A stretch of DNA of 64,000 nt, taken from the IMG/VR virus record IMGVR_UViG_3300028888_000115, positions 1-64,000 of that record; one strand, 5' to 3'. Shown here one piece after another: positions 1 through 8,849 of this stretch (position 1 is the first letter of the stretch; every line of letters starts with the position of its first letter). Below the pieces are notes generated by a model. It was given only the letters and a program-made list of their open reading frames with translations, was not told where the DNA came from and ran no database searches. Source of the DNA: a virus (Duplodnaviria > Caudoviricetes). Position numbers and translations under genes: made by a program.

Positions 1-1287
1 TACGGTTTTTGTAATATCTTCTTCATCAGGCTGCGGTTTTTGAATAGTGCTGTTAATATAAGACTGCATGCGAGAGGCAGATTCAGACTTCATGCGGTCC
101 GTGGTGTGACCGTAGATGTCCAAAGTAAATGCTGCGCTGGCATGACCGAGATTTGACTGCAGAGTCTTGTAGTCATCTCCGTTTTGCAAAGAGATGGTCG
201 CAAACGTGTGCCGCAGATCATGAACCCGGCTCTCGGACATGTCGAAGTCCGCTGCCATCCTTTTGTAGTGCTTGTAGACGACTTTCGGATTTATCGGGGT
301 TCCAAGCTCCGTCGTGAAGATCAGTGCGGTCTTTCTCTCTTTATCGTTCTGGTATCCTTGCCACAGTTCTCCGGCTTCTTCTTTTTGCCGGTCCTGTTCG
401 TCATACCGGTCAGTAAACACATCGACCAAAAAGTCTGGCATGCTCAAATATCGGATCTCGTCATTTTTCAGAGGAGCGAAGGTATATCCACCATCCGCAA
501 CCGGACGCTTCTGCAACTGCTGGTAAAGCTTTATGGTCTTGGTCTTGTAATTGATACAGTCCCACGTCAGACCTATAGCTTCCGACTCCCGCATTCCTGT
601 GAACAAATAGACCAGATAGAGAGACCGGTATTTCTCTTTGTCCAGCGCTTCGAGGAACGCTTTGACCTGGTCGTCGGCCAATGGAATAAATTCATATCGA
701 TTGACACGCGGTTTTGTCGTTCTGGACGATGGATTGTATTTCAAGTAGTTGAGTCGGATCGCGTCATTCAGACATTTTGAGAGAACACAATGCACGTTCT
801 TAATAGATTTAGGGGACAAAGGCTCTTGTGTGACAATTGTTTCTTTCTTTTCTTGATCACGGCGTCGAACAGTTTTTCCGTTCTCTTCCAACTGATTATA
901 GAACAACTGAATTTTTTCTGTGGTCAGATCGGATAGCCTGACTTCTCCGAGAGCAGGCTTGATGTGCGTGTTCAATTGGGCCCTGTAGGTTTTCTTTGTC
1001 CGGTACTTGATATCACCGCAGTATTTTTCAATCCACAGGTCTGCCCACTCGGACACTGTCATCTTGGATGGGTCAAAGTATTCTTTCTTGCTGACTTGCA
1101 CGGAAACATCCTGCATTTTTTCTTTGACCTCTTTTTGCGTGTCGGCAGAAAAGGACTTCCTGATCGCTTTTCCTGTGATCGGATCATACCCGACAGTAAC
1201 CTTTGCTTCCCAATAAGTATATGTTTTTCCGTTCACAGTTCGCGTTCTTTTGCAGATTGTACCTTCATTATTTGCGCGTCTTTTCAT
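1..1287 (-). CDS. int: Tyrosine recombinase / phage integrase (3' end runs off window)
   Basis: Hand translation, not in ORF track: N-term MKRRANNEGTICKR...GYDPITGKAIRKSFSADTQKEV; C-term HDLRHTFAT...LGHASAAFTLDIYGH (HxxR, H, catalytic Y); start 1287 and C-term in same frame. Confidence 0.95.
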   Translation of the reverse strand, partial: MKRRANNEGTICKRTRTVNGKTYTYWEAKVTVGYDPITGKAIRKSFSADTQKEVKEKMQDVSVQVSKKEYFDPSKMTVSEWADLWIEKYCGDIKYRTKKTYRAQLNTHIKPALGEVRLSDLTTEKIQLFYNQLEENGKTVRRRDQEKKETIVTQEPLSPKSIKNVHCVLSKCLNDAIRLNYLKYNPSSRTTKPRVNRYEFIPLADDQVKAFLEALDKEKYRSLYLVYLFTGMRESEAIGLTWDCINYKTKTIKLYQQLQKRPVADGGYTFAPLKNDEIRYLSMPDFLVDVFTDRYDEQDRQKEEAGELWQGYQNDKERKTALIFTTELGTPINPKVVYKHYKRMAADFDMSESRVHDLRHTFATISLQNGDDYKTLQSNLGHASAAFTLDIYGHTTDRMKSESASRMQSYINSTIQKPQPDEEDITKTV

Positions 1288-1344
1288 TACGATACCTCAA
1301 GTCGACGTAGCCATATTTTACAATCACCAAAAAGCACTTTATCG

Positions 1345-1373
1345 TTGACAAAAAGCACTCAACGGTATATTAT
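1345..1373 (+). promoter_or_regulatory. sigmaA-type promoter for xis
   Basis: TTGACA-17bp-TATTAT; AAAAAGCACT direct repeat at 1329 and 1350. Confidence 0.6.
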
Positions 1374-1411
1374 AATATTTAAAGAAACAGAAAGAACAGG
1401 GATGTATAAAC

Positions 1412-1612
1412 ATGGAAAACCGCTATAATCCGCAGGAAAAGATCGCTCTCAATATCACCGAAGCAGCTGAAATGCTCGGCATATCCAGAAACACGATGTA
1501 CAGAGACCTTCTGCATCGTCAGGATTTTCCCGCATTCAAGATTGGCGGTCGCGTTCTGATTCCACGCTCCAAACTGGAAGCGTGGGCCAATTCGCAGCCT
1601 AAAAATTTATGA
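1412..1612 (+). CDS. xis: Excisionase-like HTH protein
   Basis: ALNITEAAEMLGISRNTMY...FPAFKIGGRVLIPRSKLEAW; divergent from integrase. Confidence 0.85.
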   Translation: MENRYNPQEKIALNITEAAEMLGISRNTMYRDLLHRQDFPAFKIGGRVLIPRSKLEAWANSQPKNL

Positions 1613-1616
1613 AACG

Positions 1617-1632
1617 GATGCTTAAAAGCATC
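1617..1632. promoter_or_regulatory. Palindromic operator GATGCTT-N2-AAGCATC
   Basis: Perfect 7-2-7 palindrome; related copies at 2665, 8795, 23293, 38672, 45989. Confidence 0.7.
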
Positions 1633-1734
1633 TGTAACAGAACAAAAAGTCATTCTCTTGATTTTAAGGTCGTCTGTCTGTATCTATCTCATTGACGCCC
1701 GATACTCTGCAAAACACAAACAGGAGGAACAACA

Positions 1735-1914
1735 ATGAATCATACAGATGAACAACAGAGAATGGCTGAAGAATATTACGAAAAGTTAGGCGCAGTCCTG
1801 CACGTGCTCGACACATTCAACATCGAGCCGAACGACAGGGCCGCGCTTTTGTGGATTGCAAGAGACTATCACGACCTGCTTGGCGAAGTCATTGGAATAT
1901 CGGTGACGAAATAA
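1735..1914 (+). CDS. Small hypothetical protein (59 aa)
   Basis: AGGAGG RBS; MNHTDEQQRMAEEYYEKLG...; below ORF-track cutoff. Confidence 0.55.
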   Translation: MNHTDEQQRMAEEYYEKLGAVLHVLDTFNIEPNDRAALLWIARDYHDLLGEVIGISVTK

Positions 1915-2227
1915 TCGACACCTTACCGGCAAGAAGATTAGATTCTAAAGCAGAGTAGAAGTCGTCGTACTCCACGGACGTCAGGACGCTATTCAGCAGC
2001 ATAATATCGGCGATAGCGTCCTGATGCGTATATCCGCCATAGTAGAACTTAGAGCAGATCGCATCCAGATAGTCGACCGTCAATTCCGGGATCTCCGTCT
2101 TTGGACCGAAGTGCTCCAAGACAATCGTAACGCAGCCGTCTGAGTCAACGTAGATAGACTTCGCGTGCAAACTGAAAGTGAGCTGGATATCTCTGGCAAT
2201 CAGGACGGAGTTGTTTTTAGCCCTCAT
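1889..2227 (-). CDS. Hypothetical protein co-transcribed with repressor
   Basis: 112 aa ORF overlapping repressor stop. Confidence 0.6.
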   Translation of the reverse strand: MRAKNNSVLIARDIQLTFSLHAKSIYVDSDGCVTIVLEHFGPKTEIPELTVDYLDAICSKFYYGGYTHQDAIADIMLLNSVLTSVEYDDFYSALESNLLAGKVSIISSPIFQ

Positions 2228-2570
2228 ACTTTCTGAGAATCAGATCAATGACATCGCGGTCTTCCTTTGTGGCAACGGAATAGAGGTCAGAAATCTTCTT
2301 GATGTTCTCCGGAAGGTTTGCGTATCGTGACGTTTCACGTCCGACCAGCCAGTCCATTGAAACATCAAAAGTATCACAGATCCGCCAAAGCGCTGTAACG
2401 TCTGGCGTTCTCTCTGTGAGATACCGCGTTACGGTTGTTGGGGCGAGACCGCAGGCAAGAGCAAGGTCCTTCCCGGTATAGCCGTATGCGTCCATCAAGC
2501 TTCTGAGATTGCACCGGAAAGGTTCCCAGTCGTACCCGTCAGTATTGCGATATTTTAGGTTCTGAGCCAT
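2217..2570 (-). CDS. XRE-family HTH repressor (CI-like)
   Basis: LRSLMDAYGYTGKDLALACGLAPTTVTRYLTERTPDVTALWRICDTFDVSMDWLVGR; AGGAG RBS; divergent from main early promoter. Confidence 0.85.
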   Translation of the reverse strand: MAQNLKYRNTDGYDWEPFRCNLRSLMDAYGYTGKDLALACGLAPTTVTRYLTERTPDVTALWRICDTFDVSMDWLVGRETSRYANLPENIKKISDLYSVATKEDRDVIDLILRKYEG

Positions 2571-2599
2571 AGTGAACACTCCTTTTCTCAGGTATTCTT

Positions 2600-2628
2600 A
2601 TCTTACACCACGTCAAGCATGATGTCAA
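2600..2628 (-). promoter_or_regulatory. Leftward (repressor) promoter
   Basis: Minus strand TTGACA-17bp-TAAGAT. Confidence 0.6.
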
Positions 2629-2658
2629 AAAATATTTCCGAAAAGTGCTAAAAGGGTA

Positions 2659-2687
2659 TTGACAAATGCTATAAAGCATCTTATAAT
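2659..2687 (+). promoter_or_regulatory. Rightward early promoter with operator in spacer
   Basis: Perfect TTGACA-17bp-TATAAT; spacer AATGCTATAAAGCATC matches the palindromic operator. Confidence 0.85.
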
Positions 2688-2737
2688 ACAGACGATGGGT
2701 TCATGGGTTGGAACTGTTTGGGAATGGAGGGTATCAG

Positions 2738-3070
2738 ATGAGCCTTGATGTACCGAGAACGATTTTAGAGCAGCTTGGTGGGAACAAGTTCATCGTCATG
2801 ACTGGTGCCAAGAACTTTGTTGGAGACGGAAACACGTTGCGTATGACACTGCCGAGAAACGGCAGCAGGGCCAACCGGCTTTGGGTAACGCTGAACAGCA
2901 AGGACCTGTATGATATGCGGTTCTTCCGGTACACCGCGCCGAAGCTCAGCACGAAGACTTATACTTTCACGGACGAGAAGATTTCGGACGAGAAGATTTA
3001 CGAAGATGTGTATTTCGATCAGATGCAGGAAATCTTCACGGCTCACACAAAGATGTACACACATCTCTGA
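2738..3070 (+). CDS. Conserved phage hypothetical protein
   Basis: TILEQLGGNKFIVMTGAK motif; GGAGG RBS. Confidence 0.75.
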   Translation: MSLDVPRTILEQLGGNKFIVMTGAKNFVGDGNTLRMTLPRNGSRANRLWVTLNSKDLYDMRFFRYTAPKLSTKTYTFTDEKISDEKIYEDVYFDQMQEIFTAHTKMYTHL

Positions 3071-3080
3071 GGGCAGGACG

Positions 3081-3407
3081 ATGATTGAAAATGTGAGGCC
3101 CGGAGACAAGGTTTTCATTCCGGAGAACAAGCGACCGTTCAAAGTCAGATGTCGCAGCGAACGATACATCATCTGTACCAAGTGGATCAACCTGTACCAC
3201 ACTGTCAGATACTTTATCATTGACCTGCAAGAGAAAATCAGAGGACCGGACAATCAGGTTTTTTGCAGCGGATATGAAACGGACGAACAGTGTGAAGAGC
3301 GCCTGCAAGAACTGGAATCAGGAGAGATCGAAGTGTCGTTCCGGAATCGTGTTCCGCTGGACTGCTATACTTTAGAGGAGAGAGAGAATGCCAAAACCGA
3401 AATATGA
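3081..3407 (+). CDS. Hypothetical protein
   Basis: Operon position, overlaps next gene. Confidence 0.65.
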   Translation: MIENVRPGDKVFIPENKRPFKVRCRSERYIICTKWINLYHTVRYFIIDLQEKIRGPDNQVFCSGYETDEQCEERLQELESGEIEVSFRNRVPLDCYTLEERENAKTEI

Positions 3408-3711
3408 ATCATGGGGCGAAGAACGCTCCAAAGATATCCGGATGGCGAGAATGAAGAGCGGGTACTGGAATGCAGAAAAGTTCGCAGACGCCCTGACAGA
3501 TGCGGGGATGAAAGTGAGCATGCAGGCCTATCTGAGACGCGAGAGGGGCGAAACGCCCGTCATGGCAGATGACATCTGGATACTGGCCGATACGCTCGGC
3601 ATTTCTTTGGTGGAGACGCTCGAGCTTTTTTCACGCAGACCGGATGCTTACAAGCGTTCAATAGAGGACGAAAAGCTTCTTTTCGATAAATATTATACGA
3701 CGAAGGGCTGA
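3388..3711 (+). CDS. XRE/Cro-like HTH protein
   Basis: IRMARMKSGYWNAEKFADAL...YLRRERGETPVMADDIWILADTLGIS. Confidence 0.75.
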   Translation: MPKPKYESWGEERSKDIRMARMKSGYWNAEKFADALTDAGMKVSMQAYLRRERGETPVMADDIWILADTLGISLVETLELFSRRPDAYKRSIEDEKLLFDKYYTTKG

Positions 3712-3719
3712 GGGAATAA

Positions 3720-4202
3720 ATGGGTCGCGGAGCCACAATAGCAGCGGGAAATGTCTGGTATGAAGCCAGAAAACGGGCTGCAAAATGGAACGAAAAGCTG
3801 CAAAGCAGAGAAGGTGCTGCAGAGATTCTGCACGTCAGTGTTGACGTGATAGATGCTGTGGAGCGCGATACCTATAAGCACATGCCGGTGGAAACCGCTG
3901 TGGCGATGGCTGACGTATACAACGCTCCTGAGCTGGTGAACTACTACTGCCTGAAAGAGTGCCCAATTGGATGCAAGCGCTCTATTTCGGACGACTGCAT
4001 TGACATCGAAAGAGCAACAGTCCAATTGACCAAAATGCTCCGCAAGGACGTCGTTCAGGGAATCAAGCACAGACTTCAGGATATCGCGGCGGACGGAAAA
4101 GTATCAGATGATGAAGTTGAAGCCCTTGATGAAATCCTTGGAGATTTGAACGAGATATCCAAGATCATCTCCAAGCTTCAAGTAATCCGAGACAAACTGT
4201 GA
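3720..4202 (+). CDS. Phage regulatory protein (CII-like/XRE, Bacillota phage type)
   Basis: YEARKRAAKWNEKLQSREGAAEIL...MADVYNAPELVNYYCLKECPIG. Confidence 0.7.
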   Translation: MGRGATIAAGNVWYEARKRAAKWNEKLQSREGAAEILHVSVDVIDAVERDTYKHMPVETAVAMADVYNAPELVNYYCLKECPIGCKRSISDDCIDIERATVQLTKMLRKDVVQGIKHRLQDIAADGKVSDDEVEALDEILGDLNEISKIISKLQVIRDKL

Positions 4203-4245
4203 GAAGTGGTAACGAATTATGTGGAAAGGAAAGGTATCAAAAGAT

Positions 4246-4935
4246 ATGGAAGAGAATCTGACGATCTACAGGCCGAACAGCACAAGGCATTCGGTTCCGA
4301 ATGTGGAAAAGCGTATCCGCAGCCGTGGACTTCAGGTGAACAAATTCATTCACCAGAATCCGGAGATGGCTATTCGTCTCCTGATCGGCATTTTCTCCGT
4401 GGCGATTCTTATTTGCTGCGGAGTCACGAGACACCGGACAGAGGAACGGCTGAATGAGATCCATCAGCAGGAGCTTACCGCAGCCAGAATCCAGACTGAG
4501 CAAGAAGTTCTCGCCCGCGTCAAGGAAGAATATGGGATCAACGCGGAGAACGCTCAGAAAGAGCTCATGGAAAAGCAGGCCAAGGATGTTGCGCGGGTGC
4601 TGTATGCGATGAGGGACAATCGAGAGGCTGGGCTGCATCTGGCATGCTGGGCTGTCTTCGACAGGGTTGACCATGTACGCTATTCCGACGATCTTCACAG
4701 CGTGTGCTCTGCGGACCAAGCGTTTATGGGCTGGTCTGACGACAATCCGGTGCTGGACAATCTGTACAGCATTGCGCTGGAAGAGGTACAGCGCTGGCAC
4801 CGGGGGATCAGGCCGCTTGACACCGCGTATGTGTATCTCTACTGGACTCCGAGTGAAATCTATCTGTTCGACGATTTCGGACATCGTTTTTACGAGAGTG
4901 ATTGGAACAAGTACATTGATTCCATCTCTGAATAA
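4246..4935 (+). CDS. Membrane-anchored cell wall hydrolase-like protein (SleB/Hydrolase_2 fold, degenerate)
   Basis: TM segment, coiled coil, then VARVLYAMRDN...WAVFDRVD..YSDDLHSVCSADQAF resembling Hydrolase_2. Confidence 0.5.
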   Translation: MEENLTIYRPNSTRHSVPNVEKRIRSRGLQVNKFIHQNPEMAIRLLIGIFSVAILICCGVTRHRTEERLNEIHQQELTAARIQTEQEVLARVKEEYGINAENAQKELMEKQAKDVARVLYAMRDNREAGLHLACWAVFDRVDHVRYSDDLHSVCSADQAFMGWSDDNPVLDNLYSIALEEVQRWHRGIRPLDTAYVYLYWTPSEIYLFDDFGHRFYESDWNKYIDSISE

Positions 4936-4962
4936 TTGTGAAAGGGAAGGTACTATCGAGAC

Positions 4963-5925
4963 ATGGATGAGGAAGTAAAGGTCACGTCGTTAGTGGAAGT
5001 AACCCAGTTGCCGGTGATCGAAAATCAGTTGGCACGGGTGCTCCCAGAAATCAAGCAGCGCTGTGAGATCGCTGCAAGCCTTGTGGTGAATGAAGATAAC
5101 TACAAGGACATGAAGAAAACTCGGGCAGAGCTCAATAAGGAGTATGCCGAGTTCAAGGCGCTTATCAAGAATATCAAAGATGTCGTGATGGCCCCGCTGA
5201 ATGACTTCATGAACGGGATCTGCAAGGAAGTCGACGAGGCCTATACCAAAGGCATAGCTCAGTTGGACGGAAACATCAAGGACACCGAAAACGGGCTGAA
5301 AGACCAGAAGCGCGTTGCGCTGATGGAATACTACGATGACTACCGGAAAAGCTTGGACCTTGACGAGAGGATTGCTGATCCTCGCAGGTCCGGAATCAAG
5401 GTCGGTTTGACCGGAAGCCTGAAATCCTACAAGGATCAGGCAAAGAAGTATCTGGACCATCTGGCGAACGATCTGAAGACCATTGCCACGCTCGAAAACT
5501 GCGACGAAATCATGGCGGAATACGTGATCTCTCTGGATATGAGCAATGCTATCCAGATTGTGAAGGACCGGATTGCCCGAGAAGAAGCGGCAAGGAAGGC
5601 TCGGGAAGAGGCGGAAGCCGCACGGAAAGCCCGGGAAGAGCACGAGGCGTCTGTCGCTGCTGCGCTCGCGGAAGCAGAAGCTCAGGAAGCCACGGAAATG
5701 CCCCATGAGGCGCAGGAGGCGCCAGACGTATCTTTGTCCCCTCCAAGTGCTGAAAAGCTTCCGGAGGAAGCCGGAGAGCGTCAGGAGGAGATTCTGAAGG
5801 TCACGTATCTGAAATATGATATCTACGGGACTATAGATCAGCTTCGCGGTATGAAGGCCGCGATGATTGAAAGCATGATTGGGTATTGCGAAAAGGAGGG
5901 AATGCGTTATGGGAAATGCGAGTAA
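4963..5925 (+). CDS. DUF1351-like coiled-coil recombination-module protein
   Basis: VVNEDNYKDMKKTRAELNKE...IKDVVMAPLNDF; directly upstream of RecT. Confidence 0.75.
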   Translation: MDEEVKVTSLVEVTQLPVIENQLARVLPEIKQRCEIAASLVVNEDNYKDMKKTRAELNKEYAEFKALIKNIKDVVMAPLNDFMNGICKEVDEAYTKGIAQLDGNIKDTENGLKDQKRVALMEYYDDYRKSLDLDERIADPRRSGIKVGLTGSLKSYKDQAKKYLDHLANDLKTIATLENCDEIMAEYVISLDMSNAIQIVKDRIAREEAARKAREEAEAARKAREEHEASVAAALAEAEAQEATEMPHEAQEAPDVSLSPPSAEKLPEEAGERQEEILKVTYLKYDIYGTIDQLRGMKAAMIESMIGYCEKEGMRYGKCE

Positions 5926-6895
5926 CAACAAGCAGGTAGCACCAAAGCAGACATCCGAGATTGAAAAAAAGCCGCAGAAAATTGCGTTTTCACAGATTGT
6001 CAACTCCGAACGCTATCAGTCGGCTATTCTGAATACGCTCGGTAGTGAGAAAGACGCAAAGGATTTCACTACGTCTATCATTACCACATACAACAAAACT
6101 CCGGCTATTCAGGAGTGCACTGCCAATTCCATTATTGGCGCGGCGCTAAGCGGTTCTGCGCTGAAACTGCCTCCGTCCCCGCAACTCGGACTGTTTTACA
6201 TGGTCCCGTTCAAACAAAAAGAGAAGCGGGATCGAAGCGGAAACATCACGCAACAGGAGTGCACAAAAGCCGAATTTGTGCTTGGGTGGCGTGGATATTG
6301 GCAGCTCGCGTTGCGAAGCAATCTCTATCAGCGGATCATCATTCAGAACATCAAAGAGGGAGAATTTCGCGGATGGAATCCTCTCTTGGAAGAACTTGAT
6401 TGCAAAATGATGACTGATCCATATAAGAGAAAAATGATGAAGACTGTCGGCTATTATGGGGTCTTCATTCTTCAAAACGGCTTTACGAAATCCCTTTACA
6501 TGCCGAAAGAAGAAATGGTCGACTACGCCGACACATATTCACCGGCATTTTCCAAACGTGCGTACAACAAGATCCAGAGCGGCGAAATCAAACAGGAGGA
6601 TATGTGGAAATACAGTTCGTTCTGGTACAAAGATTTTGACGCAATGGGTACGAAAACCATTGTCAGGCAGCTTATCGGTCACTACGGTCCTATTTCTGTA
6701 GAGACGAACGAGGTTCAAAGAGCGTTTGCTTCGGACAATCAGATTATCAGTTTGGCAGAAAACGGCGATCTCATTTTTGAGGATGAGCCGACCTTCCAAG
6801 AAGATACTCCTGTACCGGCTGCGTTCAATGGTGTCAAGATCACAGAGCCAGAGTTTTCGGAAGTCACAAATCAAGTGAACCTTGACGATCTCTAA
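5909..6895 (+). CDS. recT: RecT-family ssDNA annealing protein
   Basis: IQECTANSIIGAAL...LGLFYMVPF...LGWRGYWQLALRS...FDAMGTKTIVRQL. Confidence 0.9.
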   Translation: MGNASNNKQVAPKQTSEIEKKPQKIAFSQIVNSERYQSAILNTLGSEKDAKDFTTSIITTYNKTPAIQECTANSIIGAALSGSALKLPPSPQLGLFYMVPFKQKEKRDRSGNITQQECTKAEFVLGWRGYWQLALRSNLYQRIIIQNIKEGEFRGWNPLLEELDCKMMTDPYKRKMMKTVGYYGVFILQNGFTKSLYMPKEEMVDYADTYSPAFSKRAYNKIQSGEIKQEDMWKYSSFWYKDFDAMGTKTIVRQLIGHYGPISVETNEVQRAFASDNQIISLAENGDLIFEDEPTFQEDTPVPAAFNGVKITEPEFSEVTNQVNLDDL

Positions 6896-6898
6896 GCG

Positions 6899-7573
6899 AT
6901 GATCCCGTTTCATGTTATTGGCACCGGCTCAACGGGGAATGGAGTAATCGTCGGCGAAAACATTCTCGTTGACGCTGGACTTCCGTTCGTGCGGTTTGAG
7001 CCATATATGGACAGCATCAAACTTGTCCTTCTGACACATGAACACGGAGATCATTTCAAGCCGTCTACCGTCCGGAGAATGGCTCACGACAAGCCACTTC
7101 TCCGGTTCGGCTGCGGACCTTGGATGGTCAGGAAGCTCGTGAATGCGGGCGTTGCAACATCTCAGATAGATGTCTTGCGGGAAAAAATCGCTTACAATTA
7201 CGGAATTTGCAATGTCATCCCCGTTCCTGTTTTTCACGACGTTCCAAACTACGCATACAAGATTCACTTTCCGAATGGAAAGGTATTCTACGCCACGGAC
7301 TGTGGAAATCTGAATGGAATTGTCGCGAAAAATTATTCACTTTATTTGATCGAAAATAATTATCGCGACGATGAACTGATGGCTCGCATGGACGAAAAGC
7401 TTGCCAACGGTCAGTATCCATATGAGCAGCGCGTTTTGAAGTACCACCTATCGGAACAGCAATGTAATGATTTTCTGGCTTCTAATATGGATTACAACAG
7501 CAGCGAGTATGTCTACCTGCATCAGCACATAGACAGGGAGAAGAACTATGAGAGCGCAGATTGTGAAGTTTGA
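6899..7573 (+). CDS. MBL-fold metallo-hydrolase (phage exonuclease partner of RecT)
   Basis: TGSTGN, ILVDAG, LTHEHGDH, HDVPN, YATD, ENNY, HLS motifs. Confidence 0.85.
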   Translation: MIPFHVIGTGSTGNGVIVGENILVDAGLPFVRFEPYMDSIKLVLLTHEHGDHFKPSTVRRMAHDKPLLRFGCGPWMVRKLVNAGVATSQIDVLREKIAYNYGICNVIPVPVFHDVPNYAYKIHFPNGKVFYATDCGNLNGIVAKNYSLYLIENNYRDDELMARMDEKLANGQYPYEQRVLKYHLSEQQCNDFLASNMDYNSSEYVYLHQHIDREKNYESADCEV

Positions 7574-8096
7574 CTGGCAGAAGAACGAGGTTACGTTTCG
7601 ATTCGATATCGACTTCTCCGAGTTCTTCGACAAGTTCAAGGACAAACTCATAAACGTTGAAATCAAGCTCTGGCGTCCGAAAAGAAGCGGCGCTGCAAAC
7701 CGGTATCTCTGGACCCTGATTGACAAGCTCGCGAAGGTACAGCATCTCACAAAAAATGAGATCTATCGCAAAGAAATCAAGGAAATTGGCGGCGTTTCCG
7801 AGGTCGTCCGGTGCAACGACAAAGCGGTAGACCGATTCTGCAAACAGTGGGAGTCTCAGGGCCTCGGGTGGCAGACGGAGGTACTGCCACTCGGGGACGG
7901 GACCTCTGATATCATCGTTTACTATGGCAGTTCGACATTTGACACCGAACAGATGTCGCAACTGATCGAAAACGTCATTTTTGAGGCAGAGCAGTTTGGG
8001 ATAGATACAGATACTCCAGACCGTCAAGCCTACTGGGAAGCAATAGAAGAGGAGGCGAAAGAATATGCCAGAGCCAAGCGCGGTGCAGGAAGCTAA
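7548..8096 (+). CDS. NinB-like recombination accessory protein
   Basis: KRSGAANRYLW...GSSTFDTEQMSQLIENVIFEAEQFGI. Confidence 0.6.
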   Translation: MRAQIVKFDWQKNEVTFRFDIDFSEFFDKFKDKLINVEIKLWRPKRSGAANRYLWTLIDKLAKVQHLTKNEIYRKEIKEIGGVSEVVRCNDKAVDRFCKQWESQGLGWQTEVLPLGDGTSDIIVYYGSSTFDTEQMSQLIENVIFEAEQFGIDTDTPDRQAYWEAIEEEAKEYARAKRGAGS

Positions 8097-8292
8097 AGTC
8101 CTGGACTACATGAGGAAACATGGGCGCATCAGTCAGTGGATCGCAACGCAGGAGCTTCACATTCTGAGGCTCGGAGCGAGAATCTGGGACTTGAAACAGA
8201 AGGGTTATCCGATCCGAAGCGAGATGATCTATCGCGTGGATGAGGACGGAAACCGAACGAAGTGGAAAGAGTACTGGCTTGCACCAGCTTAA
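8065..8292 (+). CDS. Small winged-helix protein
   Basis: VLDYMRKHGRISQWIATQELHILRLGARIWDLKQKGYPI. Confidence 0.7.
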   Translation: MPEPSAVQEAKVLDYMRKHGRISQWIATQELHILRLGARIWDLKQKGYPIRSEMIYRVDEDGNRTKWKEYWLAPA

Positions 8293-8319
8293 TCTTATCA
8301 ACACGGAGGAACATACTCT

Positions 8320-8769
8320 ATGGCAATGAACAATTGCAGTTTCACAGGAAGACTCACCGCTGACCCACGGATGGACTATGTCGGACAGGATCAGGTGGAA
8401 AAAGTCACATTTTCATTGGCTGTGGACCGCGACAGGCGCAAGGAAGACGGAAGCCGGGAAACCGACTTTTTAGACTTCGTCGCTTGGCGCGGCACGGCTA
8501 AATTCATTTCTGAGCACTTCAGCAAAGGCGATGCAATGACCGTTACCAATGTCAGGGAAACCGTCCGGGAGTATGTCGACAGGGACGGCGTCAAGCACCG
8601 GAAGCATGAGCATGAAATCTCTCCGAAAAGTGATATCTATTTCGGAAGTAGGCGTCGTGATCGGGCCGAAGGAACAAGCCAGCGCCCCGCGCAGGACCGC
8701 ATACCAGAAGCAGACTATGGCGGATATTCCGATTATTACAACGCCGGAGACGAAGAAACTCCGTTCTGA
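8320..8769 (+). CDS. ssb: Single-stranded DNA-binding protein
   Basis: MNNCSFTGRLTADP...FSLAVDR...TDFLDFVAWRGTA; acidic tail ending PF. Confidence 0.92.
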   Translation: MAMNNCSFTGRLTADPRMDYVGQDQVEKVTFSLAVDRDRRKEDGSRETDFLDFVAWRGTAKFISEHFSKGDAMTVTNVRETVREYVDRDGVKHRKHEHEISPKSDIYFGSRRRDRAEGTSQRPAQDRIPEADYGGYSDYYNAGDEETPF

Positions 8770-8849
8770 GGACAACTATATTTTTTGACGGGCGGATGCT
8801 TTGAAGCACCTGAGGACAAACAGAAAAGCATGAAAAGGAAGAAGTGAAG

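Noticed and set aside
1-1411. Attachment site
   Set aside because: att is expected beyond the integrase 3' end, outside the window; it cannot be identified without flanking sequence
129-1428. Plus-strand ORFs over the integrase (184-780, 964-1428 etc.)
   Set aside because: Shadows of the minus-strand integrase, which the ORF track missed because it runs off the window
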